Shown piece by piece: positions 41,541 through 51,891 of a stretch of DNA of 64,000 nt. Position numbers and translations under genes: made by a program. The notes under the pieces are model-generated. The model was given only the letters and a program-made list of their open reading frames with translations. It was not told the origin of the DNA and did not search any database. Positions within the stretch are counted from its first letter, which is position 1; the number at the start of each line of letters is the position of its first letter. The DNA comes from an uncultured Candidatus Saccharibacteria bacterium (GTDB lineage: Bacteria; Patescibacteriota; Minisyncoccia; UBA6257; GWB1-50-10), in assembly GCA_964365955.1 (NCBI GenBank), contig CAYISA010000004.1, forward strand, positions 2,939 through 66,938, read 5' to 3'.

Positions 41541-42392
41541 ATGAAAATCAATCCACGTTTTATGGTGATTGAGGGCCTTTCCGGTTCCGGAAAAAGCACC
41601 CTAGCAAGGCGTATTGTGGCGCGTTTGGAAGCTGAACGTGCGCCGGCATTTTATAACGCAGAGCCGACCAAAGAGAACCCGATGCCGTTCGGGAAAGTGA
41701 TCCGCCAGATCATCGAGGGGCGGAAGCTCGACCAATCAGAGGTATACGCTTGTATCGGTGCGATTTGGTGTCTCTACGAGCAACTTGCGAAAAGCAGTGC
41801 AAATTGGAGAACGCAGATGCGCCCCCTCCTCATTTATAAATTGTTCGACAATATTGAAAGCAAGTTGTCTCAAATGGCAGACTTGGGAGATAAAAAAAAT
41901 CTCCTGAACGAACTTGAGTTACAGACGCTTTTCCTGATCGACCGCAGATATGATTTGGAGTATGCCATCGAACCAAAGACAGCCCGGGGAAATATTCTGG
42001 TACAGGATCGGTATGAGCTCACCACTTTTGCATACGGTGGAAGCCGCGGACTTTTTATTGAGGACATGTGGAATCTGCAAGTGTTGATTACGGGCGAACA
42101 TTACCGCGTGCCGATTTTGACTGTTGTGTTTAAGGTGGATCCGGCGACTGCTGCCGCGCGCTTGCAAAGTTCCGGGAAAACTCTGGATCGGTTTGAAATG
42201 ACCGCGGAGAGCCTCCAAAAAATCGATGCCGAATACGATTCAGCGATCGAGTTTTTGCGTAGAAAACACCAGGCTATCGCGGTGGAAGATCGTGCAACAT
42301 GGCACGGGATTACCACGATCGATGCGAACCGTCCCGAAGATGAAGTGTTCGATGAACTTTGGCGGTTGGTCAGCAGTATTTTTCTTCGGTAG
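41541..42392 (+). CDS. tmk: Thymidylate kinase-like P-loop kinase
   Basis: P-loop IEGLSGSGKST and DRYELTTFAYGG (Tmk DRYxxSxxAYQ-like). 283 aa, longer than canonical Tmk. Confidence 0.5.
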   Translation: MKINPRFMVIEGLSGSGKSTLARRIVARLEAERAPAFYNAEPTKENPMPFGKVIRQIIEGRKLDQSEVYACIGAIWCLYEQLAKSSANWRTQMRPLLIYKLFDNIESKLSQMADLGDKKNLLNELELQTLFLIDRRYDLEYAIEPKTARGNILVQDRYELTTFAYGGSRGLFIEDMWNLQVLITGEHYRVPILTVVFKVDPATAAARLQSSGKTLDRFEMTAESLQKIDAEYDSAIEFLRRKHQAIAVEDRATWHGITTIDANRPEDEVFDELWRLVSSIFLR

Positions 42393-42398
42393 CAAAAG

Positions 42399-42428
42399 AT
42401 CCCCGTTTTCCACGGGGATTTTTATTTC
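42399..42428 (+). terminator. Intrinsic terminator after the tmk-like gene
   Basis: atccccgt-tttcc-acggggat followed by ttttatttc. Confidence 0.7.
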
Positions 42429-42462
42429 TCAAAAGCAGATTTTCGTTGTATTATGATCAGGT

Positions 42463-43884
42463 ATGAGGATTCCAACGATTGGGCTTGAGATCCACGCGGA
42501 ACTAAAAACTACCACCAAGATGTTTTGCGCCTGCCCGAACAATCCCAGCGAGAAACGTCCTAATACGAACGTATGTCCCATTTGTTTGGCGCACCCAGGG
42601 GTATTGCCGGTGGCAAACCGCGTCGCGATCGAGTCGGTTATCCGGACGGGGCTCGCGCTTCACGGCACGGTAGCGCTTGATTCCCATTTTGACCGCAAAA
42701 GCTATTTTTATCCCGATCTGCCGAAAGGATATCAAATTTCCCAGTATGAAAAGCCGCTTATTACGGGCGGGATGCTCCAGAATATCCGAATCCGCCGCAT
42801 CCATTTGGAAGAAGATACGGGGCGGCTGTTGCATGAACTTCCGGACGGGAAAGTATCAAAAAAAGAAGCGACGTATGTGGATTATAATCGCGCAGGCGTG
42901 CCGCTTATGGAACTGGTGACGGAACCCGATATCAAAACAGCGGAAGAGGCAACTGCATTCGCTAAAGAACTGCAGCTTATTTTGAGGTATCTGGGTGTCT
43001 CCGATGCGGACATGGAGCATGGCCAGATGCGGGTAGAGGCGAATATCAGTTTAGATATGGGCACTAAGGTGGAGGTAAAAAATATCAACTCCTTCAAAGC
43101 GGTCTTTGGTGCGATCCAGTACGAAATAAAGCGCCAGAGTGAGGTACTCGATGAAAAAAGAAAGGTAGCACAGGAGACGCGGGGATGGAACGATAAAAAA
43201 GGAATCACGGAAAGCCAGCGGTCCAAAGAATCCGCGCATGATTATCGGTATTTCCCGGAGCCGGACATTCCGCCGCTCGATCTGCGCGTGTTTGATCTGG
43301 AGCATCTCAAAAACGCTGTTCCCGAATTGCCGGACGCAAAACGGAAGCGGTTTGCCGAAGAGTTCGGAATCCATCGCGAGCAGGCGAATCTATTGGTGGA
43401 GAATAAAGAAGTCTCCGAGTATTTTGAAAAGGCCGCTTCGGAACTTAAGGAGAAAATGCCGGAAGCGGATTACATACTTTTAGTGAATTATTTTACAACG
43501 GATTTGTGGTCACTGATGAACAAAAAAGGAGTCGCGCTCGGCGAGTTAAAAATTCTGCCCGAGCACCTGGCGCATTTAGTGATGTTTATCAGGAAGGGGA
43601 CGCTCTCAAGTCGTCTTGCGAAGAATCTTTTGCAGAAAATGTTTGAAACAGGCGAGGACCCCGAGACATTGATGGAATCATCGGGGGTAAGGGTTATGCA
43701 GGATGTCGGGGAACTCGAAAAAATCGTGGACGAAATAATCAAGAAAAATCCGAAACCGGCGGAGGATTACAAAAAAGGCAATAAAAATTCGGTTCAGTTT
43801 CTAATCGGACAAGCTATGGCGCGCACCAAAGGTCAAGCAGATCCAGAGAAACTAAAAGAGTTTTTCGAGAAGAAGCTACGATAA
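42463..43884 (+). CDS. gatB: Asp-tRNA(Asn)/Glu-tRNA(Gln) amidotransferase subunit B
   Basis: GatB N-terminus IGLEIHAEL.T.TKMFC, core motifs and C-terminal GatB/YqeY tail. 473 aa. Confidence 0.9.
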   Translation: MRIPTIGLEIHAELKTTTKMFCACPNNPSEKRPNTNVCPICLAHPGVLPVANRVAIESVIRTGLALHGTVALDSHFDRKSYFYPDLPKGYQISQYEKPLITGGMLQNIRIRRIHLEEDTGRLLHELPDGKVSKKEATYVDYNRAGVPLMELVTEPDIKTAEEATAFAKELQLILRYLGVSDADMEHGQMRVEANISLDMGTKVEVKNINSFKAVFGAIQYEIKRQSEVLDEKRKVAQETRGWNDKKGITESQRSKESAHDYRYFPEPDIPPLDLRVFDLEHLKNAVPELPDAKRKRFAEEFGIHREQANLLVENKEVSEYFEKAASELKEKMPEADYILLVNYFTTDLWSLMNKKGVALGELKILPEHLAHLVMFIRKGTLSSRLAKNLLQKMFETGEDPETLMESSGVRVMQDVGELEKIVDEIIKKNPKPAEDYKKGNKNSVQFLIGQAMARTKGQADPEKLKEFFEKKLR

Positions 43885-43986
43885 AGAGAAAATAGAAGTT
43901 TAAATTCACCTTCGGTTGACTTTTTTATAAAAACAGAGGTAACATTATTGTAGTAGTTCGTTAAAAATTTAGAAGGATAAGTTCAT

Positions 43987-44343
43987 ATGTCAAAGTATAT
44001 TGGAGACGTGTTTGATTTTCCAAAAGTGATCGTAACTCGGTTTGAAGATGAGAGTATAAAAGGTTTGCGAGAGGGAGACCATATGTTTGTAAGCGTTGCG
44101 AAAGCGGGCAATGGAGATGTTGGTTTCACTATCCTTTTTCAACGGGGCAAGAAATTGATCCAATTTAGGACATCAAGCCGGAGATCTCCCGAGTTCCATT
44201 TTAGCGCAATTCTTTCATCAACAACGATATCCGAATATGCGATTTTACGTATGGTGGAAATGATCGTTCTTATCTCGGGAAGGATGAGCGCCCGTTTAAT
44301 TGGCAGAACGCACCGTGGTGAATACGAATTTGTTTTGGGATAG
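43987..44343 (+). CDS. Hypothetical protein
   Basis: 118 aa ORF with its own promoter-like TTGACT upstream and a terminator downstream. No domain recognised. Confidence 0.35.
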   Translation: MSKYIGDVFDFPKVIVTRFEDESIKGLREGDHMFVSVAKAGNGDVGFTILFQRGKKLIQFRTSSRRSPEFHFSAILSSTTISEYAILRMVEMIVLISGRMSARLIGRTHRGEYEFVLG

Positions 44344-44350
44344 AGGCATT

Positions 44351-44376
44351 CCCCCACATATACGTGGGGGTTTTTA
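44351..44376 (+). terminator. Hairpin terminator between convergent genes
   Basis: cccccacatatacgtggggg followed by ttttta. Lies between the 43987 gene (+) and the miaA stop (-). Confidence 0.65.
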
Positions 44377-45315
44377 TTTCAAGAATTTTTTCATCAGTGA
44401 AAATGTTTGTTTTCTGTCCGAAATCCAATGAATGCGCTTGTCGCGCTTAAACCAGGTCATCTGCCGTTTTATGTATTGGATACTTGCCCGTTCCCATTCC
44501 GCTTTCATGACTCTGTCAGTAAGTTTTTTCTGGATATAGAGACACAAAATACGATATTCAAATCCCAGTCCTTCAAGTCGCTTCCAGGAAACTCCTTTGC
44601 CTGTTCGTGGATTGTGGAGTTGTCGGATCTCTGTAAGCATGCCCCCGCGGAGACGTTTTAGAAGCCGCGCGTGTATAAGTCTTTTGAGTTCAGTTTTATT
44701 CTTCGTGATCCCGATTATCAACACATCATCCTGAAACGGTTTTTGGGTAAGCACAGGAACTTTTCCAAGCGCTTCAATAATTTCAAGTGCGCGGATCAGA
44801 CGGCGAGGATTATGGGGGTCGATGGCTATTGCACGTCTAGGGTCTTTCTGCTGCACTATCCGGAAAAGTTCTTGTGTCGTCTTTTTCTCCAGCTTTTTTC
44901 GAAGTGCGAAGTTTGGTTTTACTTCTGGGATGACGATGCCATCTGTCACCGATTGAATATAGAGTCCCGTTCCACCGCAAAGAATAGGTAGCTTGCCTCG
45001 CTTTAAGATATTTTGGATGGCGACACGGGCAAGACACTGATACTCGGCAACCGTAAAGGTTTGTTCGGGGTTCGCAACATCGAGCAAGTGATGGCGAACG
45101 CCGCGCATCTCGTGCTTTGTTATTTTTCCGGATGTAATATCGAATCCTTTATAAACCTGCCGTGAATCGGCGGAGACAACTTCTCCGTTATATCGGCGCG
45201 CCAAAAAAACCGCTAAAGAACTTTTTCCGCTGGCAGTTGGGCCAAGAACAACGACCAATTTTGGTGCGCTGTGCTTACGTCCGTTCGCGGATTTCTTTTG
45301 TGATTTTTTTAACAA
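44374..45315 (-). CDS. miaA: tRNA dimethylallyltransferase
   Basis: P-loop GPTASGKS and MiaA core motifs. 313 aa. Overlaps the thrS 3' end by 41 nt. Confidence 0.85.
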   Translation of the reverse strand: MLKKSQKKSANGRKHSAPKLVVVLGPTASGKSSLAVFLARRYNGEVVSADSRQVYKGFDITSGKITKHEMRGVRHHLLDVANPEQTFTVAEYQCLARVAIQNILKRGKLPILCGGTGLYIQSVTDGIVIPEVKPNFALRKKLEKKTTQELFRIVQQKDPRRAIAIDPHNPRRLIRALEIIEALGKVPVLTQKPFQDDVLIIGITKNKTELKRLIHARLLKRLRGGMLTEIRQLHNPRTGKGVSWKRLEGLGFEYRILCLYIQKKLTDRVMKAEWERASIQYIKRQMTWFKRDKRIHWISDRKQTFSLMKKFLK

Positions 45316-47029
45316 ATTCTTTTGTCGGCAACGTTTCCGTTTCTTTTTTGTTGCGCGTGCGTATATTCACTGCGTTGGAACTCGTTTCCTTTTCGCCCAC
45401 GACAAGGATGTAGGGAATTTTAAGTAACTCGGCTTCACGAATGCGTTTTCCAAGTGTTTCGTTCGAAGGCGCCAGTTCCGCGCGACACCCTGCTTTTTTC
45501 AGTTCTTCAAGCACTTTTTCTGCATATTCTTGCTGTTTTTCACTTACCGCAAGGATTTGCACTTGTGTCGGAGAAATCCATGTCGGAAGCGCTCCTGAAT
45601 AGTGTTCTAAGAGTACCATCATAAACCGCTCGGACGAGCCAATGATCGCTCTGTGGACCATTACGGGCCTTTTTTCTTTCCCGTTCGCATCAATATAGGA
45701 AAGGTCAAAACGTTCGGGAAGAAAAAAGTCTATTTGTACGGTCGAAAGTTGCCACTCGCGTCCCAGCGCGTCGGTGGCAATCAGATCCATTTTGGGAGCA
45801 TAGAATGCCGCTTCTCCGGGCCCGTCAAAATATTCAATTCCATTCCTTTTCATGATTTTTTCTGCCCATTGTTCCACCTTATCCCATGTGGTGCGATCTC
45901 CAAGATACTTTTCAGGATGCTCTTTATCGCTGGTGGAGAGGCGGTAGCGATACTTAAAATCGAACGTTCGCATAACTTCTTTGGTCATTGCAAGAGCGCG
46001 ATCAATCTCTTCATCTACTTGGTCTTCGCGACAAAAAATATGGCAGTCATCCTGTGAAAAAGAGCGCACACGTGCCAGGCCGTTTAACTCGCCTGGTTTT
46101 TCATCGCGGTAGAGCATTGCGAAGTCCGTGTAACGAATCGGCAAATCACGATAACTTCGGGGTTTGGAGGCGTAAATCTGCGTATGCTGGGGACAATTCA
46201 TCGGTTTGAGGTAAAATTCTTCCTCTGAATAGTTTGAATGCACACTAAAGAGATTCTCTCTATATTTGTTGTAATGCCCGGATGTTTTAAAAAGGTCAGC
46301 TTTTACGATTTGTGGGGTCCATACTTGCTCATATCCTGCCGCTGTTTGTAATTCTTCAATATAATCGTTCAACGATTGACGGATAAATGTTCCACGGGGA
46401 GTAAAGAGTGGGAGTCCACTTCCGACAAGCGGAGAGAAAGTAAAAAGGTCCAACTGCTTTCCTAATTTGCGGTGGTCTCGTTTTTTTGCTTCTTCCCGCA
46501 GCACTAGATAATTCGACAATTCTTCTTTGTTGGCAAATGCCAGCCCATAGATGCGGGTGAGCATTGTTTTATTCTCATCTCCTCGCCAGTAGGCCCCCGC
46601 AACACGGTCAAGTTTGAAGGATGTGGGATCAATTGAGCGCGTATCTTCTACGTGGCCGCCACGGCAGAGATCGGTAAACTGGCCCGATGTGTATAGAGAT
46701 AGTGTTTTCCCTTCCTCTGCGAATTCGTTGATCAACTCCAGTTTGTAGGGATTTTTCGAAAAATGTTTTTTTGCGTCGGAGACAGAGATCTCCTTCCGTT
46801 CAAACGAGTTCCAAGAGGGAAGGATTTCCCGCATTTTTTCTTCGATCTTAGTAAGATCGGCGTCCGAAATAGGTGTTAGAAATTCAAAATCGTAATAAAA
46901 GCCGTTTTCGATAGCCGGACCAATGGTATTTTTTGTCCCCGGATATAACTCAAGAACCGCAGCGGCCAAAAGATGGGCGAGTGAATGGCGGATATGATCC
47001 AGTTTTTCTGCTTTATCCATAGTGTTCAT
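45275..47029 (-). CDS. thrS: Threonine--tRNA ligase (short form lacking N-terminal TGS domain)
   Basis: Starts in the second additional domain (HSLAHLLAAAV). Class II motifs 1-3 and C-terminal anticodon-binding domain. 584 aa. Confidence 0.85.
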   Translation of the reverse strand: MNTMDKAEKLDHIRHSLAHLLAAAVLELYPGTKNTIGPAIENGFYYDFEFLTPISDADLTKIEEKMREILPSWNSFERKEISVSDAKKHFSKNPYKLELINEFAEEGKTLSLYTSGQFTDLCRGGHVEDTRSIDPTSFKLDRVAGAYWRGDENKTMLTRIYGLAFANKEELSNYLVLREEAKKRDHRKLGKQLDLFTFSPLVGSGLPLFTPRGTFIRQSLNDYIEELQTAAGYEQVWTPQIVKADLFKTSGHYNKYRENLFSVHSNYSEEEFYLKPMNCPQHTQIYASKPRSYRDLPIRYTDFAMLYRDEKPGELNGLARVRSFSQDDCHIFCREDQVDEEIDRALAMTKEVMRTFDFKYRYRLSTSDKEHPEKYLGDRTTWDKVEQWAEKIMKRNGIEYFDGPGEAAFYAPKMDLIATDALGREWQLSTVQIDFFLPERFDLSYIDANGKEKRPVMVHRAIIGSSERFMMVLLEHYSGALPTWISPTQVQILAVSEKQQEYAEKVLEELKKAGCRAELAPSNETLGKRIREAELLKIPYILVVGEKETSSNAVNIRTRNKKETETLPTKEFVKKITKEIRERT

Positions 47030-47155
47030 TATACCCGAATTTTCACGTTATTTTCAATTTCAGTGAATTTTTGTGTTAGCTTGCAAATCATTCTATTTTA
47101 ATGCATGCTCTTTGTAGTTCATATTTCTACCAAATAAGATAAGAAAGGAATACCG

Positions 47156-47638
47156 ATGTATCCGCTCCATGATTTTTTCGTTGATTGCAAAAAGACCGGT
47201 TTTATCTTTGTGTACGAATCGTTTGAAGAAGCTCTGGATCAATTCCAAAAGATTCGGACGTCTTTAGATCGATTTCAAGCACCCGATGGTACGTATAAAG
47301 TGGCGCCCTGTCCTTATTTGCCCGATCAGATGGATGAGGTGATGGATGATATGACTGCATCCGTCTTAATGCTGGACATCTGCAGTTTGATCGAAAAAGA
47401 TCCAAAGGATGGACTTACGGAAAAGCCGTTCGATTTGCGTTTGCCTTTTGACGCTCTCGTGCGCCGATTTATTTACTCAAATATGTGGCTGGGTAATGAA
47501 GAGATTGGTCATAAGCTGGTTCAAAAGGCAGTGCGTTATTTGAAACTGCGTCTCGCATTCCAGCCATTTGCATCACAACTGAACGATCTCTACGCTGGCT
47601 CTATTGAAAATCTGGATGCGATACCAATCGTGCAATAA
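47156..47638 (+). CDS. Hypothetical protein
   Basis: 160 aa, followed by a strong terminator. No domain recognised. Confidence 0.4.
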   Translation: MYPLHDFFVDCKKTGFIFVYESFEEALDQFQKIRTSLDRFQAPDGTYKVAPCPYLPDQMDEVMDDMTASVLMLDICSLIEKDPKDGLTEKPFDLRLPFDALVRRFIYSNMWLGNEEIGHKLVQKAVRYLKLRLAFQPFASQLNDLYAGSIENLDAIPIVQ

Positions 47639-47642
47639 ATCG

Positions 47643-47672
47643 AGCCCCCCGCTTTCGCGGGGGATTTTTATA
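47643..47672 (+). terminator. Intrinsic terminator (G/C hairpin plus T-tract) between convergent genes
   Basis: gccccccgctttcgcggggg followed by attttta. dnaE stop at 47668-47670 on the other strand. Confidence 0.7.
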
Positions 47673-50600
47673 ATTCCTTTACCTCGTCGCAGATGAGTTT
47701 CGGTTCCTCATCGCGCCATGACAGCCGCCCACTTACCATAATCGCCTTGTTTTCCTGCCAGGCAAGCGGATTTTTTGCGAGTGTATCCGAAAATACCAGA
47801 AGCTCAAGATTGTCGTTCAAATCCTCCAACGTTACGAAAAGCATCGGCTGGCCCTTTTTTGTCATAATTTTTTGGATACCAGAAATAATACCGGCGAGTC
47901 GCAGGCGTGGCCCCGTTCTGCTTTCTGTCGCGCGCGGGAGCTTCATCACATCCTTGATGGGTTTTACCTGCCCTTCAACTTTTGCAAGGTATGCTTTGAA
48001 CGGATGATCCGTGATATAGAGGCCGAGCAATTCCTTTTCCCACAGGAGCAACGTTTGTTTGTCCGCGGCGGTGGCAGGACGCATCCGAAGCGTCGCGAAT
48101 GTTGCGGAAGAACCGAAAAGGGAGGTTTGGTTACTCCCCGCTATTTTCTTGGCCGCTTGATTGAATCGGATGAGTTCCTCGATATTTTCAAGCGCCTGTC
48201 CGCGCTCTACGCCGAGTGAATCAAATGCCCCTGTTTTTATCAGCGCCTCGAGCGATTTTTTGTTCAGGTCACGGTGTTCAATGCGCGAAAGAAATGTCGT
48301 AAGGTCGGCGAACGGACCGTTGTGGTTGCGGTCTTCAATAATGGCGTGGGCGATATTTGCACCAAGATTCTTGATTGCCAAAAGCCCAAAACGGATGTTC
48401 GGACCGTCTACGGCAAAATTTTCCGAACTTGCGTTGATGTCCGGCGGCAGCACCTGGAGCCCCAGATGCTTGACCTCGTCCACTAGAAAGTTAATCTCTT
48501 CAATGTCGGTTCCGGAGACATTCAGAAGACTCGTCATGAATTCTTGCGTGTAGTGAGCCTTCAAATATGCCGTTTCATAACTCACCATGGCGTAACACGC
48601 GGCATGACTGCGATTGAAACCATAGCGGGCGAACGGCGGAAAAAGTTCCCAGATTGCTTGGGCGGTTTTTGCGGGGATGCCGTTCTTTACCATGCCATCG
48701 ATCAGTTTGTTTTTCTGTTCCTCCAGAAGTTCTTTGATCTTTTTCCCGATCGCTTTTCGGAGCGTGTCGGCTTCCGCGAGTGTAAAGCCCGCGAGGTCGC
48801 GTGCGATGCGCATCATCTGTTCCTGATACACGCCCACGCCGTAGGTATTTGCAAGAATAGGTGCAAGACGCGGATGCAGATAGGTAATCGGCTCACGTTT
48901 ATGCTTACGAGCGATGTAGTGGGGGATCAGCTCCATCGGTCCGGGACGATACAGAGAAATCATCGCGATGATATCTTCAAGCTCGGTCGGTTGAAGTTCT
49001 TTCAGATACCGGCGCATGCCAGAAGATTCCAACTGAAAAACTCCAGTGGTGTCTCCCGCACGGTAGAGTGCGAATGTTGCTTTGTCATCGAGCGGAAGTT
49101 TATCAACATCCACCTCTTCGCCGCGCGTCTCGCGGATAAGGCGCAATGTTTTTTCGATAATCGTTAGGTTTTTGAGCCCCAGAAAATCCATCTTAATAAG
49201 TCCAAGCGCCACAACGCTGTGCATCCCAAATTGAGTGATGATGGTTTCGTCTCCTTGGGGTGCGCGTTGGAGCGGCAAGAAGTTAGTGAGCGGTTCGGGA
49301 GAAATCACAATGCCGCAGGCATGCACGGATGCGTGGCGGGCGGTTCCCTCAAGCCGCATAGCTTCGTCCAAGAGGCGGCGGACATCTTCCTCGGCATCGT
49401 AGCGCGTTTTCAGTTCCGGAATCATCTCGAGCGTTTCCGGGAGCGTTTTATTGAACGGGATGAGTTTTGCAAGGGCATCACAGAACGCATAGGACATTCC
49501 GAGCGCTCGTCCGGTATCTCGTATGGCCGCCCGCGCCGCCATGGTACCGAACGTGATAATCTGGGCCACGCGGTCCTCGCCATATTTTTGGCGCACATAT
49601 GCCACTACCTCATCCCGACGAATGTCAGTAAAATCAATGTCAATATCGGGTACTTCGATGCGGTCGGGGTTCAAAAAACGCTCAAATAATAATTCATATT
49701 TGATGGGGTCGATGTTGGTGATCCCAAGTATATAAGAAACCAAACTACCCGCCGCCGAACCGCGGCCGGGGCCGACAACGATGCCGTGGGATTTTGCCCA
49801 CAGGATAAAATCCTGCACGATCAAAAAATAATCGGAGAAGCCCGTTTTTTCGATCACTCCAAGTTCGGTTGCAAGGCGTTCTTCAATAACGGAAGTGATC
49901 TCCTTAAATCTATTCCCTACACGTTCGTTCACAAGTTTTTTCAGATAGTCGAAAGAAGAAACTTCTCCGTCCGGCAAAATAAATTTCGGCAAGTACGTTT
50001 TTCCGAGTTCGAGGGTTACATTGCATTTCTCGGCGATCGCGTTCGTATTTTCTATCGCCTCGGGAATATCGGAAAAAATTTCTGCCATCTCATCGGGCGA
50101 GCGTAACGAGAGATCATATTTTTTTAACGACATTCGATCTTCGTCATCCAAGCGGCTATTGGTCTGTACCGCTAGTAAAATTTCGTGCGCGGTTTTTTCT
50201 TCGCGCGTGATGTAGTGCACGTCGGAAGTGGCAACGAGCGGAATATGAAATTTTTGGGATAGCTCAATCATTGGCGCATGAAGAAGAGACGCGTGTTCCT
50301 GTTTTGTGTGTGGCTGTACCTCAAGATAAAAATCATCGAGGAACATTTCTTGATACCACCGCACCAGCGTTTCCGCCTCCGCCATTTTTTTTGCCGCAAT
50401 CAGTTTGGAAAGTTCGGACGACGGACATCCGGAAAGACAAATCAGTCCTTCGCGATGTTCCGCAAGTAATTCTTTGTCAATGCGTGGCTTGTAATAGAAT
50501 CCTTCCAAGTTGGATTTTGTGACAAGTTGGATCAGATTTCTCCATCCCGTATTATTTTTCGCAAGAAGTGTGAGATGATAACGCGCGTCGTCAATTTTTG

Positions 50601-50838
50601 CGCGCTTCTGGAGCCGTCCATACGGCGCAATGTACGCTTCGAGCCCAAAGATCGGTTTCACTCCGCATTTTTTTGCGGCCTTGTAAAATTCCACCGCGCC
50701 GTAGAGGTTGCCGTGGTCGGTGAGCGCGATCGCATCCATCCCAAGTTCCTTCACGCGATCGAGAAGCGGATCGATTTGCGAGAGTCCATCAAGAAGCGAG
50801 TAGTGGGAGTGGACGTGAAGGTGTGTGAAGCGCGACAT
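47668..50838 (-). CDS. dnaE: DNA polymerase III alpha subunit
   Basis: N-terminal PHP domain HLHVHSHYSLLDG, palm/fingers motifs, OB-fold C-terminus. 1056 aa. Confidence 0.9.
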   Translation of the reverse strand: MSRFTHLHVHSHYSLLDGLSQIDPLLDRVKELGMDAIALTDHGNLYGAVEFYKAAKKCGVKPIFGLEAYIAPYGRLQKRAKIDDARYHLTLLAKNNTGWRNLIQLVTKSNLEGFYYKPRIDKELLAEHREGLICLSGCPSSELSKLIAAKKMAEAETLVRWYQEMFLDDFYLEVQPHTKQEHASLLHAPMIELSQKFHIPLVATSDVHYITREEKTAHEILLAVQTNSRLDDEDRMSLKKYDLSLRSPDEMAEIFSDIPEAIENTNAIAEKCNVTLELGKTYLPKFILPDGEVSSFDYLKKLVNERVGNRFKEITSVIEERLATELGVIEKTGFSDYFLIVQDFILWAKSHGIVVGPGRGSAAGSLVSYILGITNIDPIKYELLFERFLNPDRIEVPDIDIDFTDIRRDEVVAYVRQKYGEDRVAQIITFGTMAARAAIRDTGRALGMSYAFCDALAKLIPFNKTLPETLEMIPELKTRYDAEEDVRRLLDEAMRLEGTARHASVHACGIVISPEPLTNFLPLQRAPQGDETIITQFGMHSVVALGLIKMDFLGLKNLTIIEKTLRLIRETRGEEVDVDKLPLDDKATFALYRAGDTTGVFQLESSGMRRYLKELQPTELEDIIAMISLYRPGPMELIPHYIARKHKREPITYLHPRLAPILANTYGVGVYQEQMMRIARDLAGFTLAEADTLRKAIGKKIKELLEEQKNKLIDGMVKNGIPAKTAQAIWELFPPFARYGFNRSHAACYAMVSYETAYLKAHYTQEFMTSLLNVSGTDIEEINFLVDEVKHLGLQVLPPDINASSENFAVDGPNIRFGLLAIKNLGANIAHAIIEDRNHNGPFADLTTFLSRIEHRDLNKKSLEALIKTGAFDSLGVERGQALENIEELIRFNQAAKKIAGSNQTSLFGSSATFATLRMRPATAADKQTLLLWEKELLGLYITDHPFKAYLAKVEGQVKPIKDVMKLPRATESRTGPRLRLAGIISGIQKIMTKKGQPMLFVTLEDLNDNLELLVFSDTLAKNPLAWQENKAIMVSGRLSWRDEEPKLICDEVKEL

Positions 50839-51025
50839 AGGTTTGGATTCGGATTTGCCTTAATTCTAAAAATTGTTTTTCGGAGTTTCAACGTGTTGAT
50901 AACTAATTTTTTCCTGATTTTTTCCATTTTTGAACACGCGTCTTGCACTTTGTAAATTTTTTTGACAACCCGCATGGTAAATTTCAAAAAAATAAAAACC
51001 GTCCCATTTTCATAGGACGGCGATG

Positions 51026-51766
51026 TCATTTTTTGTCATTTGAAGCATCTTTCAACCGTAACGACGTGAAACACGTTATCATATCGTTAGAAGGAATAGA
51101 AAGAATGGTACGCGTTGCTTCAATATACCCTTGATTAATGCCGACTACTGTCCCTGAACGGTCTATAAGAGGACTCCCTGAACTTCCGGGGCATATAGGG
51201 AGGCTCGAAAGAATATAGTGCGGAGAAGAAAATTCTTTCGGCAGGAAATTAGACGGGAAAAGCCATCGAGACGTGCTTTGTTTTTCGATCAAGCCCTCCG
51301 ACGCGACCCACGGAATACCATATTGCATCCCTACCGTCATGACGCGATCGAGGAGTCCGATCTCGTCCGAATTTCCCAAGGGGAGCGGTGCGGGGAGTTC
51401 GGTATCGGCATCCCGTGGAACCACAGACGCCAGATCATTTCTTTGGTCAATTTTCTCTAGGACGCAAGAAAATTTTTTGCCCCCTTCGAACCGGACGGTA
51501 ATGATTGGATTTTTTATGCAGATTGTATCGTCAAAGAATAGATGTGCATTTGTCACAATAAAGGACTTCCCCTCGAGTTCCGTTATAAAACAAGAGGCTA
51601 TCACAAAGTAGAGAGAGTCAGCACTTTGGACTGTGATTCTGCCGGTTGCGGCAGAAACTTTTCTTATCAGTTCTACGCGCTTGTATTCTTTCCACGTGTC
51701 ATATCCTAATTGCAGCGTGATTGCCAAAATACAGAAAGTAAGAATTTCAACCGCATGTTTTTTCAT
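51026..51766 (-). CDS. Trypsin-like (S1 family) serine protease, membrane-anchored
   Basis: N-terminal TM, catalytic triad contexts TNAHL, NDLA, GSSGSP. A hairpin plus T-tract terminator follows on the minus strand at about 50998-51025. Confidence 0.7.
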   Translation of the reverse strand: MKKHAVEILTFCILAITLQLGYDTWKEYKRVELIRKVSAATGRITVQSADSLYFVIASCFITELEGKSFIVTNAHLFFDDTICIKNPIITVRFEGGKKFSCVLEKIDQRNDLASVVPRDADTELPAPLPLGNSDEIGLLDRVMTVGMQYGIPWVASEGLIEKQSTSRWLFPSNFLPKEFSSPHYILSSLPICPGSSGSPLIDRSGTVVGINQGYIEATRTILSIPSNDMITCFTSLRLKDASNDKK

Positions 51767-51891
51767 GGTGCATTTCCTTATAAAAATTATTATTCAGAAC
51801 TACCTTTAGATTACGCCTAGGCGAGAGAGCAATTACAAGCAAGTCGAAAATATAAAAATCCCCCATCAAAAAAAGATGGGGGACTGGATAG

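Noticed and set aside
44374-45315. 41-nt overlap between the thrS 3' end and the miaA start
   Set aside because: miaA has no alternative in-frame start upstream of the P-loop, so the overlap is probably real translational coupling. It is unremarkable.
51026-51766. Serine protease as part of a toxin or defence pair with the neighbouring membrane coiled-coil protein
   Set aside because: These are only two adjacent membrane-anchored genes with individual terminators. No known defence-system signature (e.g. Lon/ClpP-like, Abi or TA pairing) is recognisable.
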